A stretch of DNA of 35,304 bases from Candidatus Kapaibacterium sp. (GCA_027858275.1 JAQIDA010000101.1:1-35304), one strand, 5' to 3'. Positions 9,219 through 21,300 are shown, counted from the first letter of the stretch. The notes: a model not told the origin generated them from the letters alone. A program made the numbers and translations.

Positions 9219-10517
9219 ATGAGAACAATGATTAAATACTCAATATTGATTGTTGTCTTCTCCATAGTGATGTCCCAAAACGCGGTATCTCAACGTACAG
9301 ATACACTGGTGACGGTATGGATAACTAATGTTGAACGTCCGGCACCTGATGAGCTTCAGTTTGATTTGCTTCTGGCAAGTAATTCCGAGGAGCTGATCTA
9401 TTGGGCAAACGGTACATTTGATATAGCATTCGCCTCAGGTTTTGTGATTGATCCTACAACAGTGTCTCTCAGTTTAGAAGCTGTTCAGGATGTGATTTAT
9501 CAACCTTTAGCCGGCGATCCGATTCCCACGGATACCTATTATATGACTCCAAGAATATTCCCCGGCAGATTCAGTATAACGATCGTAGGCCCTGAACTCT
9601 ATGTGGACACCTATCCGATATTGCCTTATGACACATTGCGTCTCGGCAGATTCAGTGTAAAAACCACAGACGGAACGAATCTAACTTCAAATTTCATGTG
9701 GCTGAATCCTATCTATTATTATCAGGCATTGGCATACAAATTAGACAAACCCTTGATTTTGCCCCCGTCGAATATATTGGCGGAAGTAAATCATAATATA
9801 GAATTTTCTGATATAAACACGCTTTATACAGCCGAATACAAGGCTCAGGACATCGACAAACCAGAATTCATACTTGATTATTTCAATGTGGAATATATTG
9901 GTAAGATGGTGATGCAGATAGATTTCGCCACAATTCAGGAAGCATATAACTATGGCTTTATTATTACTCGCGCCTATAAGTACAGGTCGACTGATGACGA
10001 AGCTACGTTGGATTATAAAGATACAATCGCTCATTACAGAATCGGTCATAACAGATATAATCCTGACTTGGTAGGACTCGGCACCCGAAAACCGGGCAAA
10101 GTCTACGCAACTCTGTATGACACAGTAGACCACAGACAGTTGACCTATTGTTATGAGCTCTTGTACCAAGATTGGGATTGGAATATTAATTTCCTCGCGA
10201 GAGATTGCGAGTTTGTCCCGCACGCTTTGATCACCGAAGCATTCACAGCCCCGTCGCCGTTCAGCCACGAGACAACGATCACATACAGAGTTGAGGATAA
10301 TGTACTAATGTCCGCAAAAGTATATGATCTGCGCGGCAAGCTGGTCAGCACAATATTTGAGAACAAAGAACATCCTCCGGGATACCATACGGTGAAATAC
10401 GTAATTCCGGATTTCGCCTCAACGGGAGTATATAACATATTCCTCAGAGCGGTGCCGGTCGATGATCCGGACGTAGAATATTCTCAGGCAGTTATAAAAA
10501 CGCAATATATAAAATAA
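9219..10517 (+). CDS. T9SS type A sorting-domain protein with N-terminal cohesin-like beta-sandwich
   Basis: AAAGGA RBS; signal ends AVS|Q; N-terminal ELQFDLLL..GTFDIAF..LGRFSV; Ig-like linker (F.T.QE..NYGF.I.R..Y.Y.L...D.D); CTD APSPF..ETTITY..VYDLRGKLV..GVY. The cohesin-like call is tentative. Confidence 0.75.
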   Translation: MRTMIKYSILIVVFSIVMSQNAVSQRTDTLVTVWITNVERPAPDELQFDLLLASNSEELIYWANGTFDIAFASGFVIDPTTVSLSLEAVQDVIYQPLAGDPIPTDTYYMTPRIFPGRFSITIVGPELYVDTYPILPYDTLRLGRFSVKTTDGTNLTSNFMWLNPIYYYQALAYKLDKPLILPPSNILAEVNHNIEFSDINTLYTAEYKAQDIDKPEFILDYFNVEYIGKMVMQIDFATIQEAYNYGFIITRAYKYRSTDDEATLDYKDTIAHYRIGHNRYNPDLVGLGTRKPGKVYATLYDTVDHRQLTYCYELLYQDWDWNINFLARDCEFVPHALITEAFTAPSPFSHETTITYRVEDNVLMSAKVYDLRGKLVSTIFENKEHPPGYHTVKYVIPDFASTGVYNIFLRAVPVDDPDVEYSQAVIKTQYIK

Positions 10518-10545
10518 TAAGCTAATGTAACATCACAGGAAATCC

Positions 10546-12495
10546 GTGAACAGAAAATTCGAATATATAAACACAAAGATGAATAAGATCAAAGCGATTG
10601 GCGCTGCTCTTGTTCTGTTGTTGTTTGTCGGAAGCAATCTGTTCGCCGATGTGAAGATATTATATCCTCTCAACGGAGAAATCCTGAGAGCCGGCGAGAC
10701 TACAGAAATCCGCTGGGAAAGCATTCCTAATTCAGTATACACAGTAAAGTATTCAACAGATGAGGGTACGACTTGGGAGTTGATCGCGGAAGATATAACA
10801 GCAGACAGATACAACTGGTCGGTTTTGACGGATATATTAGATGTTAAATTCCGAGTAGAAGAACGCAGCACAATCCCTCCGAGACTTTTGCGCCGGATGG
10901 AAGACGTTCACGATCATAATGTTTATTCAGTAGCGATGTCTCCTGACGGACAAAAAATGATCACAGCAGGCCGCGACATGAGAGTAAAAATATGGAATAT
11001 CAGCGATCTGACATTAGACGAACAGATAGTCACAGGCGACAGCGGGTCAGTCTATGACGCTATGTTCGCGGGCAACAGCGAGTCAATAATATATGTCAAA
11101 GAGAACGAATTGGTATACAGAGATTTAACAGACGACAGCGAAACAACGATGACAGGATTGTTTACGGATCTAATCAGATCAGTCGCATATCATAATGAAA
11201 AAGATATTTTTGCCGCCGCGTCATACGACGGTAATATGAAGATATTTACAAAAGCCGGATTTACTGAAATCGCATCGTATTCAACGGGTGCGGAGTCAGA
11301 ATTATACAAAATAGTCTTCTCGCACAGCGGCGATTTGGCGGCATTCGCGGGCGGCGCGGGCATAATCTATATATTTGATATACAGAACAACACAGTTATT
11401 GGTCAGATGACAGGTCACGGCGACGTAACGAATAAATTGGTATGGTCTCTGGCATTTTCGCAGGACGATCAATCATTAGTTTCATGCGGAGTTGACGGCA
11501 CGGTAAGGGTCTGGGATTTGACCACATTCGAAGAAAAAGTTTTAATTGACGCGCACAGCTTCCACATTCGCGCAGTTGATTGGCATCCTACTGAAAATAT
11601 GATATTATCCGCTTCTTTGGATAAATATATTAAACAATGGGATCCGACTGACGGTGCAAAAATCAGTGAATCGATGCAGCACGGCGGTCAGGTGTTAGAC
11701 GCAATGTATTCGTCCACGGGCGACACAATCATAAGTTGCGGTCGCGATCACGCAATGAATATATGGAAGAATATCCAAACGGATTACAGCGAGGACAGCG
11801 TTGATTGTCTCGTGAGATATCCTGCGACCGTTTCATTGCCGCACATTGTAAGTGCCGCGGACAGAAAAGTAAAAATTCCGCTAATCTTTGAATCAAATTT
11901 GATTCCTCCGGGCGGCGAAAATAAGTATTTCGACGCTGAAGTCAGCATTGAAATTCCTTCAAAATTATTAGATATATCCCTTCAGGGCGAACATTATATG
12001 CTGTTCAATGATCCTGACACAGTGAATATCAGCTTAAAATCAATAATCTTAGACGGAGCGATTCTGACCCTCGACGGTTTGACGATTGCCGGTATCCCGA
12101 ATATAGCTGATTTGAAGATATTAAACATAGAAACTACAGATGAAAATTATTACATCATAGATAAAATTGACGGTTCGATACGAGTACCCTCTGATTGCAT
12201 AGGAGATTCTTTTCGCGGCGTAAGCTTTGCTTCGGAACCGCTTTCAATGAAACTGAGCCCTGCTCCGGTTTCGTCAACAGTCAAAATCAGTATGAATTTG
12301 ATCGAAGAGGGCAGGCACAAATTAGAACTAATCAATTTGCAAGGCGAGATAATAAGTGTTTTGGAAGTCGCGGATTATAATCCGGGACCGCATATAACAA
12401 CAATTGATATGTCGGATTTTGCCTCGGGACATTATTTCTTGAGAATTGTCGGTCCGACTCGTTCCTTAACCGGATCATGTGTGATTTCGCGTTAA
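10546..12495 (+). CDS. Secreted WD40 seven-bladed beta-propeller protein with Ig-like N-terminus, cohesin-like domain and T9SS CTD
   Basis: GTG start with AGGA RBS (alternative ATG at 10579); signal ends LFA|D; YPLNGE..IRW..YSTDEGTTW; seven WD repeats (e.g. GH..VWSLAFSQD..SCGVDGTVRVWD); ATVSLP..VKIPLIF; CTD LSPAP..INLQGE..SGHYFLRI. Confidence 0.88.
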   Translation: MNRKFEYINTKMNKIKAIGAALVLLLFVGSNLFADVKILYPLNGEILRAGETTEIRWESIPNSVYTVKYSTDEGTTWELIAEDITADRYNWSVLTDILDVKFRVEERSTIPPRLLRRMEDVHDHNVYSVAMSPDGQKMITAGRDMRVKIWNISDLTLDEQIVTGDSGSVYDAMFAGNSESIIYVKENELVYRDLTDDSETTMTGLFTDLIRSVAYHNEKDIFAAASYDGNMKIFTKAGFTEIASYSTGAESELYKIVFSHSGDLAAFAGGAGIIYIFDIQNNTVIGQMTGHGDVTNKLVWSLAFSQDDQSLVSCGVDGTVRVWDLTTFEEKVLIDAHSFHIRAVDWHPTENMILSASLDKYIKQWDPTDGAKISESMQHGGQVLDAMYSSTGDTIISCGRDHAMNIWKNIQTDYSEDSVDCLVRYPATVSLPHIVSAADRKVKIPLIFESNLIPPGGENKYFDAEVSIEIPSKLLDISLQGEHYMLFNDPDTVNISLKSIILDGAILTLDGLTIAGIPNIADLKILNIETTDENYYIIDKIDGSIRVPSDCIGDSFRGVSFASEPLSMKLSPAPVSSTVKISMNLIEEGRHKLELINLQGEIISVLEVADYNPGPHITTIDMSDFASGHYFLRIVGPTRSLTGSCVISR

Positions 12496-12540
12496 GCGAA
12501 ACTTGAATTAGAATATTAACGGTATAGAGAGTTATCTTAT

Positions 12541-15372
12541 ATGAAAAAGCTAAATCAAATAACATCTGTCGCAAGACTTACGAGCGCTGCCTTGTTGGCA
12601 GTGCTGTTTATGTTTTCCGCACGCCCTGCAGAGGCTCAGACAGATAATGTCGGGATTGGAACAGTAACCCCTGACAACTCGTCGATACTCGATTTGACTT
12701 CTACCAGCAGAGGCTTTCTAACACCAAGAATGACTGCCGCTCAACGCGACTCAATAACGGCACCGGTAGTTGGTCTGATAATTTATCAGACCGACAACAC
12801 GCCGGGATTCTATTACTACAACAGTACGTCATGGGTGAAAATATCGGATACTATAGCAGGTGTTATAACAGGTGGCGGTACTGACGGGCAGCTTAGTTTT
12901 TGGACATCTACCAGCGCAGTTTCCGGGGACAATGATCTGTTTTGGGACAATGTTAATAAACGTCTCGGTATCGGAACGACTTCTCCTCATACACTCTTAG
13001 ACGTGGAAGGAACTGCTTTACTCGGAGCTCCTTCTTCAGCACCCGATGCTGATGATTTTAATAATTCACAGTGGACTTTATGGCTTGATGAAGCGAATGA
13101 TGACTTTGAATTGAGAGCTAAGAAATCTGACGGATCTATGATTGCCCTAACTGTCAATGATGTAAACCCGGGTGGTGCTACAGGCGAATTGCAATTCAAT
13201 AACGGCGGTGCTTTCGGAGCAAGTTCAAGTTTATATTGGCTTAGTTCTAGTTCTAGACTGGGAATTGGTGCCGGAACTACTCCAAACGCAGATTTGGATG
13301 TCGAGGGAACCGTAATTCTTGGTGCTCCTTCATCTGAGCCTGCAAACACTGATTTCGCTGTTTCGCAATGGTCTCTTTGGCTCAATGAGGATATTGATAA
13401 ATTTCAGTTAAAAGGCAAAAAATCTGACGGTACTACGATAATTAGAAGTTCTCTCGCAACAGCTGCGGGCATCGACGGTGAAATACAATATAATTCGGCC
13501 GGTTCTTTTGCTGCAAGCACAAATTATATGTGGGATAGTGCTAACGGGCGTCTCGGTGTAGGAAATGCTGCTCCCGTAGCCAGAATAGATTTGAAGGATG
13601 TATCCGGCAACGGCGGCATCCGAATTGCAGACAGTGAGATAACTCTACCCGGTGTAGTCAGATGGACAGGATCAGATTTTGAAGGATATACAGGATCATT
13701 GTGGGCATCCTTTACTTCCTCCGGCGGCGGCGGCGACGGCGGCGGTGATGTTTGGGCTGAGAACGGATCTTTCGGACGTGTTGCAGTTTTCAATTCATCT
13801 ACAACTATTACGGGTACAGATGCCTTCTTTTGGGATCTCAGTACCGAACATCTGGGAATTGGTGCCGGAACTACTCCAAGTGTAGATTTAGATGTTGAAG
13901 GTACAGTCCTTCTGGGCGCTCCGGATACACTTACCTCCGACGCAACATTTGCTAATTCGCAGTGGACTTTATGGCTTGATGAAACTGAAGACCGCTTTAA
14001 ATTGAGAGCGAAACAATCTGACGGTACTACTATGATGTCTCATAGGATAGGTGATGTGACTGCTGCGGGAAATACCGGTGAAATTCAATTTAATGAAGGC
14101 GGTGCACTCGGCGCAAGTTCAAATCTGGTATGGTCAAATACAACTGTAAGTCTCGGAATTGCTGCAGGTGCAACCCCGTCAGCCAATTTGGATGTTGTGG
14201 GAACTGCAATTCTTGGTGCTCCTTCATCTGCACCGGCAGACGCTGTTTTCGATAATTCCCAATGGTCTATTTGGCTCAATGAGGATATTGATAAATTTCA
14301 GTTAAAAGGCAAAAAATCTGACGGTACTACGATCATTACAAGTTCTCTCGCAACAGCTGCGGGCACCACCGACGGTGAAATACAATATAATGACAACGGT
14401 TCTTTTGCTGCAAGCCCAAATTATATTTGGGACAATACTAATATTCGACTCGGTATCGGTGCAGGTGCTCCCACCAGCACAATTGACGCTGTAGGCGGAT
14501 CGGCTCTGTTGCCGGCTCCTAACGCTCCTCCGGACGATGGGGATTTGGACAATTCACAATGGTTACTGTGGTTGGATGAATCAAGTACTCTTACCACCAG
14601 ATTTGAATTAAAAGCAAGAACAAGTGGCGGCACTATTGTATCTCAGAGTGTCGGATTGGCCGCGGGTAATACAGGTGAAGTACAATTCAACGACGGCAAC
14701 GGCGTATTTGATGCCAGTTCAGATTTGGTCTGGGACAATACAAATTCACGTCTCGGAATCGGTACCGGCACTCCGAAAGTTGCTTTAGATGTTGTTGGTC
14801 GAGCTGTTCTCGGTTTCCCCAACACAGCACCGGGTAATGCTGAACTCGGAACTTCACAATATTCAATTTGGATTGATGAAACTTCAAGTGATTTCAAAAT
14901 AAAAGCTTATAACTCTTCCGACTCAATAGTGTCTAGAACGCTTGCAGAGGCTTATGCTATGAGTTACAGAACAACTGAGACATCTGCTGCTGCAGATACA
15001 TATGACGGTGTTCCTTGGGAAGCTGATGTCGCTATGGATCTCGGTCATTATACCAGATCAAGTGATGTTATTACTGTGGCTAAAGCAGGGCTATACAGGA
15101 TTTCTTATGCGCTTAGCATTCGAGCAGGTACAGCAACTAATAATGTAATTGAAGCATGGGTTAGAAGCGGATCCACAAATCTCCCGGGAAGTTATGCTTC
15201 AGCCTTTATTTTGGATGACAATGACGATGATGACAGATCTACGGCATCAAATTCATTTTTAGCGGATTTAGCCACAGGTGCAACAATAAAGATTTATGCT
15301 AATTCGCCAAGCAGTACTTTATTTTTCATTCTTCCGAATTCGCAGATCACAATTGAGAGATTAAGAAATTAA
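12541..15372 (+). CDS. Secreted tail-fibre-like repeat protein with C-terminal C1q/BclA (TNF-like) domain
   Basis: Signal ends AEA|Q; typical FCB N-terminal domain NVGIGT.TP..SSILDL.ST.RGFL.PRMT..QR..I..P..GL.IYQTD..PGFYYY; six ~100-aa repeats; C-terminal ITVAKAGLYRISY..PGS..L..GATIKI..SQITIERL; no CTD. Confidence 0.8.
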   Translation: MKKLNQITSVARLTSAALLAVLFMFSARPAEAQTDNVGIGTVTPDNSSILDLTSTSRGFLTPRMTAAQRDSITAPVVGLIIYQTDNTPGFYYYNSTSWVKISDTIAGVITGGGTDGQLSFWTSTSAVSGDNDLFWDNVNKRLGIGTTSPHTLLDVEGTALLGAPSSAPDADDFNNSQWTLWLDEANDDFELRAKKSDGSMIALTVNDVNPGGATGELQFNNGGAFGASSSLYWLSSSSRLGIGAGTTPNADLDVEGTVILGAPSSEPANTDFAVSQWSLWLNEDIDKFQLKGKKSDGTTIIRSSLATAAGIDGEIQYNSAGSFAASTNYMWDSANGRLGVGNAAPVARIDLKDVSGNGGIRIADSEITLPGVVRWTGSDFEGYTGSLWASFTSSGGGGDGGGDVWAENGSFGRVAVFNSSTTITGTDAFFWDLSTEHLGIGAGTTPSVDLDVEGTVLLGAPDTLTSDATFANSQWTLWLDETEDRFKLRAKQSDGTTMMSHRIGDVTAAGNTGEIQFNEGGALGASSNLVWSNTTVSLGIAAGATPSANLDVVGTAILGAPSSAPADAVFDNSQWSIWLNEDIDKFQLKGKKSDGTTIITSSLATAAGTTDGEIQYNDNGSFAASPNYIWDNTNIRLGIGAGAPTSTIDAVGGSALLPAPNAPPDDGDLDNSQWLLWLDESSTLTTRFELKARTSGGTIVSQSVGLAAGNTGEVQFNDGNGVFDASSDLVWDNTNSRLGIGTGTPKVALDVVGRAVLGFPNTAPGNAELGTSQYSIWIDETSSDFKIKAYNSSDSIVSRTLAEAYAMSYRTTETSAAADTYDGVPWEADVAMDLGHYTRSSDVITVAKAGLYRISYALSIRAGTATNNVIEAWVRSGSTNLPGSYASAFILDDNDDDDRSTASNSFLADLATGATIKIYANSPSSTLFFILPNSQITIERLRN
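13376..14333 (+). repeat. Intragenic direct repeat: identical 64-bp blocks at 13376-13439 and 14270-14333 within ~170-bp near-identical segments
   Basis: tttggctcaatgaggatattgataaatttcagttaaaaggcaaaaaatctgacggtactacgat occurs twice, offset 894 nt. Confidence 0.9.
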
Positions 15373-15375
15373 AAT

Positions 15376-18300
15376 ATGAAGAGAATTGTTCTATATATTA
15401 CTTTGTCGTTGTTTGCGAGCTTCCTAATTAAATCGGAAGTATCGGCACAGACTACTGTTACCATGAAGTCCGGTTCGGGTTTATATATTAGCCCCGGCGC
15501 GACCTTCCATGTTAACGGCGGTTTGGTCAATGAAGGTACTATAACAGGCAATACCGGTAGGCTGAATGTTAGCGGTACTTATACGAATGAAGGAACGCAC
15601 AATGCTTCAAGTTCGACTATTTCTATTGGCGGAGACTTTGTTGATAATGCCACTTTCAACGTCGGGACTTGTACGCTGATAATGAACGGTCCGTCTTCTC
15701 AGACGATAACCGGTTCTGCAACAAATTCATTCTATGAATTATCAATAAATAAGACCGGCGGAATTCTCTATACTGATAAAGAATTGACAATCACTAAATA
15801 TTTGAGATTATTGTCGTCGCACAAGTTTGATATAAATGCTAATGATTTGATAATCGCTGAGACCGGCGAGATTTATTCAGATAACGCCGACGGTCAATAT
15901 TTCCATTCGGATAAATATATTGTAAGTTCACAGAGTTCTTCTACTGCCACAAGCGGGTATTTGATCCGACAGATACCACAAGGGACTCCCCCGTCACCTG
16001 ACGGAGTTGCTTATGTGTTACCCATTGGTAACGTAAATGGTTTTGGTTCTGCAATTATCAGATTTTTGCCTGATAAAGTTACTTTTTCGGCTAATGCTGA
16101 TTTGAGAATATTGCCGGTACCGGAAGAACATCCTAATTTAATTGTATCAGATCGTTCATTGCTTAAATATTGGCGTCTTGAACATAATAATATTACAATC
16201 GCAGACAGTGGCACGCATCTAAAATTCTACTATGATCTTTCAAATTCGGAAGTTGGTGGAGGTTCGGAAGGTAACTATATACCGTTATTTTGGGCAAATC
16301 CGGGTTGGATCACCCAAACAGGTGTCGGTAGCAGTCTAAATAGTACAACTAATGAAATACTATCCGAATTCTCGCCTTTAATCGCAGGAACTATAGAGGG
16401 TGATTGGACAGCAGGAGAAATTGAAGCTGCCGTTGCGGTTTATTACAGTCTTGGCGGACCTTGGAGTGTAAACACTTCATGGTCAAACGGTGGATATGGT
16501 CAAGCTCCTGCAGCTTTCGCTCCTTCTTCAAGTTCAGATATTGTTAGAATTGGTGAGGGGGAAACAATTACGATTAATTCAACCACAGCTATTGTCGGAA
16601 CAGTAACTGTGCAAGTTAACGGCAGACTGGATTGTGTCGGCGAAGCAGATCTTAGTGCCTTAGAATTTACTCTCGAAGAGGGAGGAACTCTCGGAATTGG
16701 CAGTGCTTTAGGAATAACAGATATTAACGGTGCTGACAAAGCCGAAGGGAATATTCAATCAACAGAGGTAAGAGATTTTAGCTCAGGTGCCGAATATCGT
16801 TATACCGGAACTTTAGATCAGATTACCGGTTTAGGTCTGCCGCTGACAGTCAGCAGACTCGTTTGTGATAAGACGAGCGGAAACTTGTTGCTGGCAAGGA
16901 ACACACAAATATCATCTTCATTTCATATTGAAGACGGAGTATTTAACGATAACAATAACAAGTTAGACGGGCAAACAGCCAGTCGTACTTTCACTATGAA
17001 TGGCGGTACGTTTATTGCTCACGGTCGTTTCCCCTTAAATTATGAACCTCCGACATTTAATGCCGGGACTATTTCATTCCAAGGAACCGGTGATTTGAAT
17101 ATTCCGTCAAGCGAATCCGCTTCGGAAACTTTGGCAGGGGTTGATCAATATTTCAATCTTGATGTCGCGGGAAACAGGGGTTATATAACAAGTGTTATAT
17201 TCATGCCGCAGGGTGAAGTAAGAATTGGCGGAGCATTGACTCTTGCTGACCTCGGTTGGACTTCAACCTTCCAGGGTGTGGATCATGTTCTAACAGTGAA
17301 TTCGACAATTCATTTTAACGGCAGCGGCGATCAGTCTATTCCGAGATATACCGATGATTTTCCCAACGGAGATGATTATCAAATAAAATATTATAATTTA
17401 AAAAGTTCAGGAACCGGAACTAAAAGTCTTATCGAAGCTGATTGTGATGTTTTCAATGATGTGATTATCGAAGGTGCTACTTTGCATGCCAATTCTTTCA
17501 ATATGAAAGTTCTGGGAGATTGGACAAATACTTCCGGCACATTTACTCATGATAATCAGCTGGTGACTCTATATACTCCTTCTGAAGGTATTGAAAATAC
17601 TATTACAGCCGGCGACAGTCCGTTTTGGAATTTGGATATAGGAAATGCAGCTGACGAAGCAACCGGAGACTATCGTTTGCTTGATGATATGACCATAGAA
17701 AACGGCTTCCATATATTGAATGCCAAAGCTGAATTGTTGATGAATTCATCAACATTTACCGTCAAAGGAACTTGGCTCAACGAAGGTACTTTTACTCCGG
17801 GTACGGGAACTGTACTTTTCAACGGCCTCGCGGCTAATCAGCAGATAACAAAAACAGGGACGGAAACTTTTTATAATCTTAAAATAGACAATTCAGGTAA
17901 TGTACTTGTTCCGGTCGGTTGTGATGTGGACGTTGCAAATGACTTAGAATTTGTTGCCGGCAACCTTGATGTTCGTACCAACGATCGTATAGTTTCTGTT
18001 TATAATAACACTACCAGAACCGGTACCGGACATGTTGACGGTCATTTGAGATTCAATGTCCCTGAGGGAGCAGTCGGCACAAAAGACTTGCATATTGGTA
18101 ACGGTACTGATTATTCACCTGTAGCAGTTGAATTTACAGGCACTGACGGAACAGCAGGATACTTGGATGTCATAACAAATGATCCCCAGACAATAGGTAT
18201 TCCTACGGATTTCAATGTGGCCAAATATATTAACCGACAATGGGAAATGTCTGTCCCTACAAATAGTGATTTTGTGTTGGGGACGAGAACCTATAATGCT

Positions 18301-21300
18301 ATATTGACTTATTTGGATGCAGATAAGGTCGGTGGTGCAAATCCTTTATTGTTGGAAACTCAGATATATGACGGTGCTTGGAACGCGACACAAGTCGGAA
18401 CAAGAACAGAAACACCAAATACTTGCCAATCTGTGGGCAACACAGTTATAGGTACATTATTCCTCGGTGAGCCTAATATATTCAATTTATACAGTATTTC
18501 AGACGGCGGCAATTGGTCAAATTTTGAATCATGGTCATCTGAAGGATACGGCAAAAGCAGCGTCCCTTCTACTTTCCCGATTGACGGTAATTCAAGATAT
18601 TATATAGGTGACGACAAAACAGTTAATCTCGGCTCTAATTTTACTATTAATGCCGGACGCGAAATTGTGGTTCAAGTGGATGGTAGTCTGGATTGTTCGA
18701 CAAACACAATCGACGGCAGCGGAACATTCACACTACAAAGCGGCAGTAGTCTTCTCATTGGTTCGCCTGACGGTATTGCGGCTTCCGGTGCAACGGGAAA
18801 TATCCATACTTCAACACGTTTGTTCAATGGCGTCGGCAACCATAATAGCGGCAATTTTGTTTATAACGGTGCTTCTGATCAGTTTACCGGTGATGGTATA
18901 CCGGATACTATTTCAACAATTGAAATCAATGCGCCCGGATATACTGTTGAGATGTCAAAAGATATTTCTGTAGCGGATACTTTGAACATTATTGATGGTA
19001 CATTAGATGTTTCAACATCAAATTACAGTATTGATATTTCCGGCGATTGGGAAAATACAGGAACATTTACTGAAAGATTAGGAGCTGTTACTTTCAACGG
19101 CAGCGAAGACCAACTGCTCAGAAATATAACCGGATACGGAGAGACATTCTATGACTTGGTTGTCAATAAATCAAACGGAGTTCTCGAATTAGATCAGAAC
19201 TCCGATATTTTGATTTCAAATCAATTGTCATTAACAACCGGATATATTGACGCTCGGTCGAATGAGGAATCTGTGACTGTTCTGGACGGTGCGACTGTCA
19301 GCCGGACTTCCGGCCATGTTGACGGCGAAATGAAAAAACATGTGCCGGCAGGAGCGACAAGCTCTGATATCGTATATGAAATTGGTGAAGGTTTGAGTTA
19401 TACACCTGCAAATCTTGGTTTTGTAGGAACCGGAGGAACTGCAGGCTATGTCAGAGTGAGTTCGGAGCCGGATAAACACGATGATTTTAGTGAAGATAAT
19501 AATTTGGATCCTGCCAGAGTTGTTGAACGACACTGGGATCTGTCTGCTGACGGTGACTTTGATCTTGGGCAAGACAGATCTATTAATGCTACTGTTACAT
19601 TTTTGAATCCTGATGATATTAACGGCGGGGCGGATCCCGAGAAATTCGTTATGAGATATTGGGCGGAAACTGTATGGAATTCAGCTGAGACCGGTTCTTG
19701 GACTGACACTACTACTCAAGGAACGAGTATTAGTTCTTTATGTGATATAATGGTAGGTCCGACAGGTCCACTACTTACGGTATATTATTCCAGCACATCA
19801 GGTTATTGGGACGATCCGAATACATGGTCTACCGTAAAATACGGCGGTGTTCCGGACGGATCCACACCGAGGAACAACGATATTGTTTTTATTGGTGATG
19901 GTGATCAAGTAAATTTAGGAGAAAGCAGAAGCATCCGATCAGTTACCGTTGAGAGATCACCCGGCGGTACAGGAAGCTTATTCTTATCTGATTCTGTGCT
20001 TTCCGGAGCACAATTTGTACTGAAGACCGGTGGTGTGTTAGGCATTGGTTCAGCTGCCGGCATAACTACAGGCACAACCGGAAATATTCAAACTAAAATC
20101 AGGAATTTCAATCCCTGGACACACAATTCCGGAAATTATATATATAACGGAACGGGCGACCAAGTTACAGGAAATGCATTACCTGCTGAATTTGCGACTT
20201 TAGAAGTAGATAACAACAACGGTACGGTTACTCTGCAAAGCTCAATAGGTTTGAGCTCTGATCTGACTTTGACGGATGGTATTCTTAAACCGTCGTCATC
20301 GGCAGTTGATGTTAATTTAGCGGGAGATTGGATTAATAATGCGTCTGTTTCGGCTTATGACGCTACCTCCAACAAAGTAACATTTGACGGTGAATCAAGC
20401 AGTACGATCAGTGGAACTTATGCAACAACGTTTTATAATGTTGATCTGGATAAATCGACATATAATCTCTCCTTAGAGACACATGCAACAGTTGCAAATG
20501 AATTTACATTTATCTCTGACGGTTTGCTTGTTCTCAATTCAAGTGATTTGACTATCGGCACAGCCGGCAGCATTGGCGGATCATCCCTCGGCAGTTCGAG
20601 AATGGTTCAATCTGACGGTACTGACACAGGCGGAAGAATTATTAAATTGTATTCGGGCTCGGGTTTGAACGCTTTCACGATTCCGATTGGTGTCGGCTCG
20701 GATTATAACCCTGCAGAGTTGAATGTTGCCGCTACTTTTGACGCCGGAGCTTATGCAGCTCTCAGACTGGTATCGGCTGTTCATCCGGATGCGATAAGTA
20801 CTGAAATGTTATCCAAATATTGGAATGTCAGTTCGGAAGGGATTTCAAATAATCTAGACTCTGCTAATTTAAAATACTATTATCTTAGTTCTGATGTTAA
20901 CGGAACTGTCGCGAATTACATGGCTGCGAGATACGCAAATGATGCTTGGGAAACTAACTTAGGTACATCGCGTGACGCGACAACTTCACCGATAACCGTT
21001 TTAGGTTATACTGAAGCTTTGGATGGTGATTGGACAGCCGGTGAAGCTACCGCGATATACAAAGGCAGAATCTTTTATAGTAGGGCCACAGGTAATTGGG
21101 GAGATGCGACAAGTTGGTCAAACGTGTCTCATTTAGGTTCGCCGTCAGCTTATACACCCGGAACTTTTGAGTCTGATACTGTGTTTATTGATGCCGGGCA
21201 TGTAATTGATTATAATCTTACATCCGTAACCGTAGGAGCTGTTACAATAGGCGGCGCTGAAACAGACGACGGCGATTTAGAATTTATACCCGATCTTAAC

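Noticed and set aside
13366-14432. DGR template/variable repeat pair or CRISPR array
   Set aside because: Both copies are in-frame coding repeats, mismatches are not adenine-restricted, there is no reverse transcriptase and no repeat-spacer periodicity.
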